DNA of 64,000 nt from Basidiobolus meristosporus CBS 931.73 (lineage: Eukaryota; Fungi; Basidiobolomycota), in the NCBI GenBank assembly GCA_002104905.1, contig MCFE01000057.1, forward strand, positions 124,001-188,000. Reading direction: 5' to 3'. Numbering within the stretch: the stretch's first letter is position 1; each line of letters begins with the position of its first letter. Made by a program: the position numbers and the translations under genes. The notes under the pieces are model-generated. The model saw only the letters and a list, made by a program, of their open reading frames with translations, did no database searches and was not told the DNA's origin. Of the stretch, positions 39,296 through 51,978 are shown in pieces.

Positions 39296-42200
39296 CTAAT
39301 TTAAGGTACCGCGACAATGTTTCGAGCCGCAGAGGCAGGGGATCTTGTCGTCTTCAATGGGGAATTTATAGTCGTATGTGATTTCTTCGCCTTCTTCAAT
39401 GTCTCGCTTTGCGTAAATCACAATCTTCTTCTGGCCATCCACAGAGATGACTTTCGCATTGCAGTTGGGCTAATCAAAGGGTTTGCGGTCAATACGGATG
39501 TTATGAGCAACAATGATCAGCAACCATTTACTTACCGTGCAGCAATGGTTGATAAATCGGGCAATGTTCCCCATCTTTGTAGCATCGAATTACTGTATCC
39601 TCATCCACTCGAAACAAGTAGCTGCTTCCGATACCAGAACGCTCGTAGATCTTCTCTCGATGATCGGCGACTTTCTGTCGAATTATCTCCCCAATGTACT
39701 CTATCACCATGTCGTTCGCTTCGATCTTCTCCATGGCAAACAATCCCCAGTCATGAATAGGCGATTTAGCAAATTTGAGTTGCTTCTTGCGGACCTTGAG
39801 CTGGTTGAACTTGAACGTGTCCGAGTCCATGTTGGCTGATTTCTTGTGCAACTCCATGAGTCTTCGATGGTTGACACGGTTCATTCTTGATGTTACTTTC
39901 GATGTCCCGTTGGTACAGAATATCGCTTCTTGTTTTTGTGGTAAATACACTGATTTGGCTTCGGTCGGAATTCTATAAAAGCCCTCAGTTCTTGCGCTCC
40001 CGGTTGTATGAACTGGAAGCAGGCCTAAACAAGAGAGCCCATGCCCACTTAACTCGTTGATCTGTAAACCATACGCTCAACATAGCCTTACCTTTCTTGC
40101 GCTCCATTTCCAACTCATCCATAGCCGCTTTGCTCTTCTGCTCGTCCTCCCTAGCTTTGATGTTCTCCGCTTCAGAATGGTTCGGCTCTTGGTCACTCTC
40201 GTCGCTGTTGGGTCGTGTGCGCTTTCGTCCGACTTGGTTGTTGGGCCTCTTTCGTACACTTCGAGACTCCAACGGGCCGTGATCTGATTGTTCATCACTG
40301 GAATAGGTAAACTTGACAGAGTGGCGCTTTCGGATTGGCTTTCTTCTTTCGTTTTGAATATCACGACTTCTGCTGCCTCTTTCTTGGGCTTCCGATCTGA
40401 TGGACTGCGAACGAGAGCGTGATTTCGATACCTCATGGGTCGAGCTATCCGAGGAATAATGTACGGAAGGCTTGCCTCGAGATTCTTTACGAACACTGCG
40501 TGTCTGACGCTTCTTGCGCGAGCGGCGTTCGTAATCAGAATAGTCGGCGTCCGATAATTGATCTTCCGAATCACCCGTGTCCGAATGACGAGAGCGCTTA
40601 CGAAGCTTATTCTTCGTTTTGGATTCCCTTTCAGAAGCAGAATCCGAATAGTCCAGACTGCGTTTGCGACCGCGTCGTTTAATAGGGCGGCGGTGTGGCT
40701 TGTGCTTGGAAGGATGCTCAGGATCGGAATCATCAGAAACAATGAAATCATTTCGGTCGCTATCCGAGGTATCGGTGTCTTTGTCCCGATTCTCCTGTAA
40801 CTCTCGCAAGAATTTGTCGTGGTCCCCACCATCATCCTCGGTACTACTCAAGTAGTCGCGTAATCTCTTCTGCTGCAGTTTGCCCTCCACCTTCGCACCA
40901 CTGGACTTGGCTACTTTCTTCCGCTCAGCTAACACGGAGCTTGCTGAAAGAGAGGACTCGCTGTCACTGTAATGTCTCGAGTCTTTTTTGATTGATCGGC
41001 TAGGCTTGCTCTCTGAGGGTTTCCTTGCGTCGTCTGAATCATATTTGTGTGAACGTTTTGATTTGTCCGCTCGACTGTGTCGGGTGGGCATCATTCTTTC
41101 CCCTGACGATGAGGTTTTTTTCTTGAACCGAGGAAGACTGGCTATCCACGAGGACATGGCAGCAACCGGCTCGTTTTCTTTGCATGCAATGGTGAGGCCG
41201 CCACCGGTCAGATAAGAGAACGTACAGCGCAACAGAAGCTATTTAATCTTACCTTTAGCATTGAATTTGGCAATATCAGTGAAGTTATTTTCGTTTTTGA
41301 CTCGAGCCGTGGGGTGCTGCTGTTCAGAAGCTCTTGAATTGGTAGGCATGGCCTTTTTGCCAATCAGACCGTTCTCCCGTTCGACGGATGGGGATGGCTC
41401 TCCTTTGGAGTTCAACGAATCAGCACGAGTGCTGGATCGTCGAGAATTACCTTCTGGCTTGATGAAGTCATACATCAATGGGCTGATGACTCGGCTACGC
41501 AGGTCTTTCATGAAGACTTCGCATAGATCCTTGATGAGTAGGTGAATGGTACGCTTGGTGAGCTCCGCCTCATCCGCGACATCTTCGTTATAAATGTCTC
41601 TTTTGACCGGTTCTTGAGCGGGCTGTTCAATCTTTTTTGGTGGGGCGTTGCTTTCGGCCGTCCATTCCTTCTTCTCAGGTGGTTGTGAACTCAAGAAGCT
41701 GTCGTCTTTGATGCCCTGATATGCTAAGTGCAACTTGTATCCCATGATGCTTGTTTGATCCATAGCAGTCTGGCATCTCCGAGCTCGCTCTGCTGAAGAG
41801 AACTGTATGTGCCATCGATTGGTATCGAAATAAATCTGCAGAACGTCAATCTCTATTGTATCTATGTTACAAGAGAATACGCCAAAGCAATACCTTATCC
41901 GGGCCGAATCTATCAAAATTTTTCTTGACCTCTTCTAGAGATATTTCGGGGTACGGTAGATGTGACCGTGATATAGTAAGGCACGGCTTGAGAAGCTCAG
42001 GCAACCCTTCAAAGGGCAGCTCCTAAGGTGAATTCAGTTAGCTTGCTCCACTCTAATCAAAAGCGTGGGATTAACCATTACCATAAACCTAGATACGTGC
42101 CCGACTGGACTCATTGACGGAACAGGCGCTGCTGGCTCTCTATGCCAATGATCACCCCCGTGTCTATCACGCCACTCCGATGGTCGCAAGGGGGCTTTGG

Positions 42201-43755
42201 AATTGGCACCCCCGATGGGGGAATTGGTGTGATGGGTACCCAACAGGCGCGGCTGGATACCTTGAATAGGCTTTAGATTCATCAGATGTTATGCTGCGTT
42301 GGTCGAAAGAATCATTCCGAGATCGATGTCTAACGCCAACATCATGGTCCTCGGGAATTGCACCCTCCTCATCATCCTCGATCTCCCCATCCTCCATTCC
42401 GGATCTATTTGAGTTTGACTTACGCTCGGGGACAGATCCTCCTAAAAGATGTTGCTCCTCCGCCCCAGCAGAGTTAGAAGACATCGCATGGTGACTGCTG
42501 TAGCTTCCAGACCTCGAATGAGCGGTCCCTCTAGATGGGAAAATCTGCGACTCACCAGACCGAGGGCCGCCGGAGTCTGTAGGATACGGCTGCTCTGCGT
42601 GAATGATGGGTGAAGCCCCTTTACTTTCTTGGAATAGATGCTTGGTAGCATTTTCAACCGCTTCCTGCATCTTCGTTCCTATATCAAACTGGTTGAGACC
42701 ACTGACTTGAAAACATGACATAAACAAGGAGATATCAACCATCATCATCCAATTCAACTTTCACAATCGAATCACCTATCCTCCGACCGTTCCCTAGCTG
42801 CACTGCCCTCTTTGCCGCAGCGCTTGCGGCCCCTCCATGGCTTCCGCCGTCTTCAAACATTACTCTGGCAAGACCCAGACTGGCGCCTGTTATAGGACAC
42901 ATTTCTAGATGCACGTCAACAACCCCGCCATACGTCGAGAAATAGGTGCGAATATGAGCAGGGGTGGTTAGCAGAGAGAGCTGGGAAACGAAAACCGAGC
43001 TCGGCGGAGGTGGGCCCACAGAATTTTCATCATACTTGTGTTTCGAAGGGCATTAGAATGAAGGTTGTGGATACTGCATAACCTTGGAAAGCACAGCTAC
43101 CTCGTACTTGATCGCCTTTAAACAGGGCAGATACTTCTTTCTGCCTCTGGAGGTCGCACGACCATAAGCGTTCATAGACTTCCGCGGATCACTCAATTTG
43201 ATCGGCGGCTCCTATGTATTCAAAAGATGGATACGTCCCGCGGATGAGTGTCTGAGCCAGTATATAATACATTTTGACCTGCAGCATACAAACCTTTGGT
43301 GCTACCTCTCCACAAAACCGATAGATCACCTCATTTCCGGTCCGATGCTGAGAGGAGCTTAAAAAAGGATCGTATAGAACTTTCCAGTCACGTCTCTGTG
43401 AATGACCATTCGACGCGTCGGGGCGATTTGCAGCAATATGTTCAGACGTATGAGTAGCGCCGGGTTTCAGAGAACAGTATTCAGACTTTGAATCTGATTG
43501 AAAAAGATAACCATCGGTAACAAAGGCATCAGATAACTGGTGTATGCGAAAGGTATATATTGAAAGTGTTGCATAATTGTGGACAAGTCGGAGCAGCAAG
43601 AACAGACAGAAAAAGAGAACTACAAAAATGGTTCCAACCTGGCACTTCTTGAGGCATGCAGTATCGTAGGATAGACGTATGGGAATGGAAGGAAACTGAT
43701 AGAGCAAATAAACACGATTGAATCCTCTAAGATACGTTATGAAGCCAGCTAACAC
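39296..43755 (-). CDS. SET1: Histone H3K4 methyltransferase Set1 (COMPASS), multi-exon; two apparent +1 frameshifts; true start uncertain
   Basis: [13 protein letters not shown]1 ([14 protein letters not shown]...CPITGASLG), RRM2, n-SET (RMNRVNHRR), [56 protein letters not shown], post-[18 protein letters not shown]. Confidence 0.93.
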
Positions 43756-44320
43756 TCGCGATATGCGTCAGCCCTATGCACTTCAAATGGGTAACACGAG
43801 CAACTTTGTCTGTTTAAGAACACGAGAAATAGTGTAAATAATACCAGAAAAAGTAAACAGTGAAGCCTACAAGAACAACAGGTAGTTTCTATTTTGAAAC
43901 GTATAAGTCCTGTAGTTTAAAGGGAAAGGAGTCTGCTTGTATTATTTGGTAGACTGATTCAAACTCACTAATATTTTAGTTATTGAAATTTTAATATCGG
44001 CTTGTTGATAGGGAAAAATCGGGGTATTATTTGCAGAATCCCAGGTGGAAAGTGCACTAATAAGCCGGGATTAACTGTGGGAAATGGAATTCGATATTTT
44101 CAGGAGATGGATGCCAGCGTCCAATGATGTTGGAGATGTGATCTACAGCCATTAAATAACTACCAGATTTTGACCTGGGGAGAAGGGGAGTAAGCAGGAA
44201 ATTTTTCATGAAAATTTCGATTCAACTTCGAGTGAAGGTAGTTGGAATTTACTCGGACTCCTCTGTTGGTTGAACCAGTCCTTTCTTCTACAGCCTCAGT
44301 TTCTATTACCACCAAACACA

Positions 44321-44782
44321 ATGCCCCGTGTCCATGATGTTTGCTCTGCCATTCAAAACGGCTTCAGAGCTCGTTTGAAGCAAATCTCCCTGCCTGACAC
44401 AAAAATGAACCTTGCCATTTCCCGCATTCTTTACAACCAAGGTTTCGTTTCCAGCGTTATGCGCGGTGACTACAATGGACCCAACGAGACCTATGTTCCC
44501 CTCACCGACGAGAACATCGCCACTCGCAGACTCTGGCTTGACCTAAAGTACAAGGATAACCAACCGGTTCTCCGACAAATTCAATGCGTTAGCAAGCCTT
44601 CCCGTAAGATTAGAGCCCAACTAGACGAGCTCAAGCTTCTTGCTAGTGGAAAGCGCTCGGGTATGCTCAAGCCCCTTCAGCCTGGTGAAATCATGATTGT
44701 CACCACACCATATGGCGTCCTCGAGCTCCACGAGGCTGTCGCCAAGAATGCTGGCGGTGAAATTCTCTGTCGTGCTTTATAA
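44321..44782 (+). CDS. MRPS8: Mitochondrial ribosomal protein uS8m
   Basis: MPRVHDVCSAIQNGFRARLKQISLP...ILYNQGFVSSV...RRLWLDLKY...VSKPSRK...GVLELHEAVAKNAGGEILCRA. Confidence 0.93.
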   Translation: MPRVHDVCSAIQNGFRARLKQISLPDTKMNLAISRILYNQGFVSSVMRGDYNGPNETYVPLTDENIATRRLWLDLKYKDNQPVLRQIQCVSKPSRKIRAQLDELKLLASGKRSGMLKPLQPGEIMIVTTPYGVLELHEAVAKNAGGEILCRAL

Positions 44783-45159
44783 CACTTGACATCTCTTATA
44801 CTCTAGACCTTTATACTCTATCATTTCATTCGCACTGCATCACGTCTATTTTGATGAATAAATTGACTCTTAACAGTATCCAGCATAGAACTGGTTATGC
44901 CGATGCTACTAGCACAATATCAATCCTCAGGAACAATTGATGGTCCATGGGATGTGCTTCTCTCAATACCATGAGGCGACATCCAGAGCCGAAGTGCTCC
45001 CCTAAATGAGCCGAGTTTATGAGCAGTAATATGCCGATTTGCGCAATTTGACTATGAGCCTTATTAAAATAAATATTTTATTGGTCGGAGCCATCCTCTA
45101 AATTTTAGCCTAGTGAATAAGTTTTGTAAGCGATACGACAGACAGGCGCTTAGTTAACC

Positions 45160-47684
45160 ATGGACCCATATCTTCCCTCAGAAGAAGCACAACTTGCGTT
45201 CGAGGAGGAACCGGAGGAAGTAGACTTGAATGAACTTGAGCAAAGCCTTCAGGTTCCTAAGGAAGACTTCTACGGTGTTCTCAACGTGACACGCCGGGTA
45301 TGAGTACACTTGCTTAGCAAGTAGATTTGCTTGAGACTTACCTGAGTTCTTTGCTAGGCTACTGAGGAAGAAATCAAAGATTCATATCGTAAATTATGTC
45401 GAACCTTCCATCCCGACAAGCATACCGATCCTGAATTGCAGCAAATTGCTCAGTCAAGATTCCAAATAATTCAGAAAGCTTATGAGGGTATTTCTCCGCT
45501 GGTTTGTTTGCTTCGACTTAGCCACCACAAAGCTAACCTTTCCTTGTTCTGAAGTCCTCACTGACCCCACTAAACGTGCTTCGTACGACAACTATGGAGA
45601 AGAGGGGCTCCGCTATACCTTTGAGCCTGGAACAAATTTCAACGATAGAAAGGAGGTAAGCAGCTTCTTTAAATCAGCTTCTGTTTTACCTTGCGGCTGG
45701 CTGATTGGGCTTTACCTAGATGGAGGAGGAGCAAGAGAAGTTAAAGCGAAAGAAGCGTGAGGAAGAAATCGAGAGTTTAATTAAAGTGAAGGTACAGTAG
45801 CACTAGATGCGAGGCTAGTCTAGCTTGATTGATATAAACATGAAACCTCTGTCAAATAGAGCGAGATTTCTGTTCAAGCCAACGCTACTCCGCTGTTTGC
45901 CTTCCAGCCTAGCCCATTCAACGATCCTTCGCTGTTGAGTAGATTTAAGCAGTGTGGAGTGTCACAACTATACATGAAGCATACACTTCAGGTACAACGA
46001 CCAAAACGAGGATCAGAGCCATCACATAAGAATTAACATGATGCTACTCACGATTAGACAAACATATTTGAGCAGACACAGGCTGGTGTCACTGCCACTA
46101 TGCTATCCCGCAATTCCTTTGGAGGTGGAAATCTCACTGGTACTTTGAGGCACACATTTTCAGGTGCTTGCTGGGGTGAGGTAGGTGGATCTCTCCACTT
46201 GAAATTGAGATTGTTCATTAAGCAACCCAACCATCGCTATAGATCAGCACCACAGTTCTCAATCCTAGGGTGCTTCAAGGACGACTCTTCTATAACCTAT
46301 CTCCAGACAGGTACTTAGCCATTGTCCTTGCGTTCCACATAGGTGCTAATGGTTCGTCATGTTATTGCTAGCTTCATCGACATTCATACCGTTGCCCAAA
46401 CCACCAAGATACCTCCAAGCTTCTCCTTCACAGCTGGCCAGCGTGTTGGTGCCACTTCCACCGGTTACGTGGCATTCAAGTCGGGCCAGTATAGCCTTGG
46501 ACCCTGGGGCCGCCAGATCGACCAAATGATGCGCCGGGAATACTCATCATTTGCCATCGGGCTCGCAAACCGTGCGGAGAAGAGCGAGTATAACACCGAG
46601 CTTCAGGTAAGGTTTTGTCGATTCAGGCATGCGGACGATTTCTTGAAGCAAATACCAACTCATGACCACCCCACAGATGGGACTTTCCGATTCGCATTTG
46701 ACGTTCGACTACACCTACACACTCAACCCATCCTCAAAACTAAACGCCGCCCTTGTACTGTCCACTGGAGGACTTAACGTTGTTGTTGGTGGAGACAGTG
46801 AAGTGCACCCACAACACAAGGTTGGATTTTCGGTGGAATCGGGCATTCCCAGCGGAGTTACACTCAAGCTTAGGTTAGCATGGCATTCTGATCCATCGAT
46901 GTCGGCGGTGAACTAACTCTTGCACAACCAGATATACTCGCCCGAATCAACAAATCTTCGTGCCAATCATGATGACACCAGTCTTGAACCTCCGGGTGGC
47001 TTTGCTCAGTATCATGGTTCCCCTCTCGGCCGGTTATGCAATTGACAAGCTCTACCTTCAAGCCAAGAGAAAGAAGGAGGTTGAGGAGTAAGTAGACAGC
47101 CTTTGGATGTCCGTTTAATTTCATCCCTCTAAGCTAATTCCACTCTTTGTCCGAAAGGAAAATCAAAAATCTTCGCGAGTACCACGGGGCTTATCTTTCC
47201 GCGCGTAAACGAGATGCCTTAAGAGTGGTTAGCCTGTTGCAAAAAGCAGCGGCAGAGAAAACTCAGGAAGAAGAAGCTAAGAATGGGCTCGTCATTGTGA
47301 AGGCATTGTACGGGATATTCGATAAAGAACACCCAGAATATGTGGCGGATGTTACGGTGCCATTGCAAGCTTTAGTTCACGAGTCACAGCTGATCATTGC
47401 TGGCGGCCATTCCAAGGTAATTGATTTGAGCATTTGACATATTTGACCTGGCCGTCCTTAACAATCTTTTAGTCCAATATTTCTGGCTTTTATGATCCTT
47501 GCTTCGGATCCCGTAAGCAACTGAAGATTCTCTACAAGTTCAACAGAAGAATGCATTCAGTCGTCGTTGCGGACACCAGCCCGCTAGCTTGCCCACTAAG
47601 AGGTAACAACCAACATTTCTTTGCTTGTAATCAAGTCACTTACCCTTGCGCCCATCTCTAGCCCATCTTATCCATGATGCGTGA
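45160..47684 (+). CDS. DNAJC11: DNAJC11 homologue (J domain plus DUF3395-type C-terminus), multi-exon
   Basis: EDFYGVLNV, SYRKLCRTFHPDKH, YEVLTDPTKRASYDNYGEEG; C-terminal GLVIVKALYG...DVTVPLQALVHESQL...SNISGFYDPCFGSRKQLKILYKF. Confidence 0.88.
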
Positions 47685-47898
47685 TCGCTTGATACTTAAT
47701 TGGCTTTCTTAGCCTCCTAGTCTTCCTCTTTGCATTCATCATCACCCAAACCCAATCCCACTCACATACTCATTCTCATCCCCCTATTCCGAATCATGTC
47801 GCTTTTCATTGCAGAGCCCGTGACGTGTGCCACTCAAAATAAAAGGTTGACTGTGATGTACAGAAGCCATCAATTTATTCTGGATTTTTCAAGTGAAG

Positions 47899-48432
47899 TT
47901 AAAGCAAGGCAGCCCCATAACGAATACTCATTATCAAGCTAGCATGGTGATGGGATAGAAATCGAATTGGTAAATACAGCAATGAAATATTCCACCTCGA
48001 TATGAGATACATACCTTAGAACTGTCACTAGACCGGCGGGCATAAATTTCTGGCTCTTCGAGAAACGGAAGCCCATTAACGCTAGCAAGGCACCAGAAGT
48101 AACTAAGAGAGGAGCCGCATCATTAATACGCTTGAGGCATCAAGGAAGTCTAGCTTCGGTGAACTCGGAACAGATACTTTACCAAGCGCCAAATAAACGT
48201 CCTGAGGGTTTTGGCTAACTCGGGTTGCAGCGTACGCCATTACGCCGCCGAAAGTAACCCCGGAAATTAAAGAGGCAACACTCCCTGTTAAATTCGGCAG
48301 GTTAGTCCTATTCATCCTCGCTGCTCTTGTGAGTATTCGAATGAGACAAGAACTTACCCGCCTTAATGAAACCTATTAAGCCACCCACTATTACAACCAT
48401 AGCGTAAGCATAACCAGCAAAATCTTGAGCCA
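47899..48432 (-). CDS. TMEM14: TMEM14 family small membrane protein, 4 exons
   Basis: MAQDFAGYAYAMVVIVGGLIGFIKA|GSVASLISGVTFGG...KFMPAGLV; ends IRYGAALL*. Confidence 0.85.
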
Positions 48433-49559
48433 TTATTAGTCTTTGCAAACAGAGTAAGCAATACACCTTCAAGTGGATTCAAACAAATATACAATCATCC
48501 GTCGCACCATTATCGAATGTTGTATTTCAGAACGAATCTAATTACGATTAGTAATCCGCTCTACTCAAGAATACGCTATTTGTTTGGCATGTTTAGTAGA
48601 TTGAGATGGAAGCTGCATGGATAATCCCGAAATCACTACATGAAGCTCTTCAGATTTGCACTGAACTCTACCTCAATATATGCTATCATCAAGCCAACCT
48701 TAATCTACCAATTATCTCTCGGAAAGCCACCCCAATATGGTAACAGAAATATTTCAAGGAAACTTATACATGCTGTTAAACACCATAGTACTGCTATTTT
48801 TTGTTTTTTAGTGAACTGGTGTGATGTCTAACCTCGTACTGGCACTCCTGGATTGGTCACCAACAAAAGATTGGATTCTTCGCCTCACTGCGCACACGCC
48901 TCTGTTTACAGAATACTAGAGTGCACCTCCTGCCAACAGCGGAGCCATCCCTTGAGATGCTAGTGGTAGAGCATGCAATGTCGTATCGCCTAATCGCCCC
49001 TTTGTGCATCTGCTGATGTCCGGAGATGCCAGATGATGGAAAAGATAAGTGAGGTGCTTTCTTTCGCCGAGAAGCTCCATAGGCCTTGGGACGGGCATCT
49101 GGGAACCAACAATACTCGTCCACACCTTCCCCCTCCCCATCGATTTAGCTACAGTCACGCTATCCTCTACCTGATTTACCCGTGAAATCATTGCCAAGTG
49201 ATCTCGATTCTGATGACAGGAGCCAAAGGACAACAAACGAGAGATTTTGCTGGTGGATAAGCCGAAAGTAGGTTATCTTCGCTCTTCGACATTTATTAAT
49301 TTGGTAATAACCCCTTGAAGCCAATATTAATATGAAACCGAGTAGATATGGTGGAATATACATTAAAAAGTAGTGGTCGGGAACAATGAGTATCAAATGA
49401 TCAAAACGATGATGTTGCTGGTTGAAAATATGGGCTTCGCGGGAGTAAGGTACTATGTACATGATAGGTTTATAGAGGTGTGGTGTGGGGCGTGGCGCAG
49501 TGCGGCGAGGTGATGTGTTTTGATACAATGTGTACGTATTAAGAGACACCCAAGGATAA

Positions 49560-50097
49560 TTACAGAATTGAAGTGACCGTACTGTAAGAGCTCATAATGC
49601 ATACTAGCGTGTATATCATACCCCATAGGCAAGGCACCCAAGTGGACATCCGGAAGGACCCAGCGTTGTAGACGATCGCGAGTACTATACCTTACACCCA
49701 AAAGCAAAGAGATTAGCAAACCGGAAGTGCGCTCGATCTACTGAGAAGCCTGGATATACCTATTACTGAGCCACTGCAAAAGGCAGTGATGGAGCCAAGA
49801 AGTAGAAACGAGATGGGAATCAGGGGAGACCATCGAGTACGCTGAATAGCAAAGAATGCCCAGACACCAAGAACCCCATGCACGACGCCTGAAAAAATCA
49901 AGGTCCAAACCATCGTGAAAATCCAAACGTCTAAAGAAATCGGTTACTCCATCGTCGAAGAAAAACAATCAAGTTGAAGATAGTGTACCGTGCAAGTAAT
50001 ACAAGTAGGTTCCGCTAACATCTCCATTAAATGGCCAGTAGAGTGATGGCCAAGGCGGTCCAACATAACCCGGAGGTATGGAGGGAAGGTAGGACAT
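49560..50097 (-). CDS. TMEM170-like membrane protein, 3 exons
   Basis: MSYLPSIPPGYVGPPWPSLYWP...YLYYLH|DVWIFTMVWTLIFSG...GSVIG|IVLAIVYNAGSFRMSTWVPCLWG...TSIL*. Confidence 0.82.
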
Positions 50098-50665
50098 GGA
50101 TTTGATAGCAGCAAGTATAAAGGATGGTATTAATACATCGATGGCACATGATATATAGAATAGAAAATCAATTTTAATTCACACCCAAACATAGAATTGT
50201 TTATCCTTTGTATTCCCATTCTGATGATTTCAGTCGATTTTGGATTTTCCAGAAGAATTACCAATGTTATCCAATGAAGATAATGCCGGTCAGCTACTTG
50301 AAAGAACCAAGTGTCAAGTGATGCGAGTCATGGTCAAAGTTTACTATGCTTTAGAATGGCGCAGAGCAAAGTTGGGAATTTTGCAGTTTCATGGAAGAGA
50401 GATGCATCCTTTTAAAATATTTTTATATCTAGGGGGCATTTCGGGAGTATTTTGAGGGGATAGGTTACTGCCTAGATCTTCTACATGAAGGATTCATTTA
50501 TTTAAGATGAAATAAATTAAACTCGAAATCAACCAAAGTTCAGCATTCGAAGGCTAGCAAGTATGGATTATGTAAAATCATCACAGTGATTTAGATTGTG
50601 AAGTAAAAAATGTACTTTGAGATGATGTGTATAGTGTGTTGGTGTAAGTGGTTGTGTTTGCTTCT

Positions 50666-51978
50666 TTACAAGTTTTTGATGACTGCGAGAGTGAAGTCGG
50701 TGGTGGATGAGTTACCGCCCATATCAGGGGTTCCGACCTTGCCTTCCTCGATGGTCTTGTAGACAGCATTGTAAATTTGGTTGGCATATGGGTGAAGACT
50801 CAAGTGACGAAGGAGCATGACGGAAGACAAGATCATGGAGGTAGGATTAGCAGTGTTTTGTCCGGCAATGTCCTTACCAACGTGACGGCATCCTGGTTCG
50901 AACATGGCGTATTCACGACCAATGTTGCAACCGGGAATGATACCGGGTCCACCAACAAGAGCAGCACCGACGTTACTGATGATGTTACCGTAAAGGTTAG
51001 GGGTCACCATGACATCGAATTGTTGAGGCTTGGATACAAGTTGCATGGCGGTGTTGTCGACGATCATGTCATTGAATTGAATGCCAGAGGACTTGTACTC
51101 CTCGGCGACATCACGGCAGGTTCTAAGGAAAAGACCATCACCCAACTTCATGATGTTGGCCTTGTGAATGCAGGTAACCTTCTTTCTGTTGTTTCTGATG
51201 GCATAGTCAAAAGCGAAACGAGCAATGCGCTCGGCCTTCTCGCGAGTGGTAACCTTGAGGGACTCGACAACACCCGGGTAGGATTGATGCTCCAAACCAG
51301 AGTATTCACCTTCAGTGTTTTCACGGATGATGGTGAAGTCAACATTTTGGTGACGGGAAGGATATCCTGGAATGTTCTTGACAGTGACAACACCAGCGTA
51401 CATATCCAAATCTTTACGCATAGCGACATTGAAAGAAGAGTGGCCAAGCTTGGATACGGGGGTGTAAAGAATACCTATGAAATACCCCATTAGATACAGA
51501 CATCCCGAATCCTCCGTACGGCACCAACAACTTACCCTTGAGACCAATCTTGTTTCTTCTGAAGCTATCAACACTTTGCTTCAACAAATTCTCATCAGTG
51601 GTGTAACCACTGACATCGAATTGCTCCCAATCAACGGGAACATTGGCAGCAGTGAAGATAGCCTTGACGGAAGCGGCGGTTTCTTGACCGATACCATCAC
51701 CAGGAATAAGGGTAGCAGTGTATCTACCCCCAAGCTTGTTTCCAGTGAAAGGTCCCTGTGACAAACTACCAGTCAGGTAACTGTGAATTGAAGATAACCA
51801 ACGAAAAATGGGCTTACGCTTTGGGACTCAGGGACTGAACCCATACTACGAACCAAAACGGCCTAGATAGTTAAAATACGATAAATACATATTGAGCCCG
51901 GAACGATTATAAGTCAATACACACTCTTTGAGCAATAGAGGCAACTTTAATGGAGGGTCTGGCGAAGCTCTTGAGCAT
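50666..51978 (-). CDS. IDH1: NAD-dependent isocitrate dehydrogenase regulatory subunit 1, mitochondrial, multi-exon
   Basis: TLIPGDGIG, IIRENTEGEYSGLEH, TCIHKANIMKLGDGLF, MIVDNTAMQ, FEPGCRHVGKDI (subunit-1 type, not the EAVHGSAPDI of subunit 2). Confidence 0.95.

Noticed and set aside
48830-49330. GC-richer segment with overlapping short ORFs between TMEM14 and TMEM170
   Set aside because: All frames are interrupted and there is no motif support, so no gene can be called.
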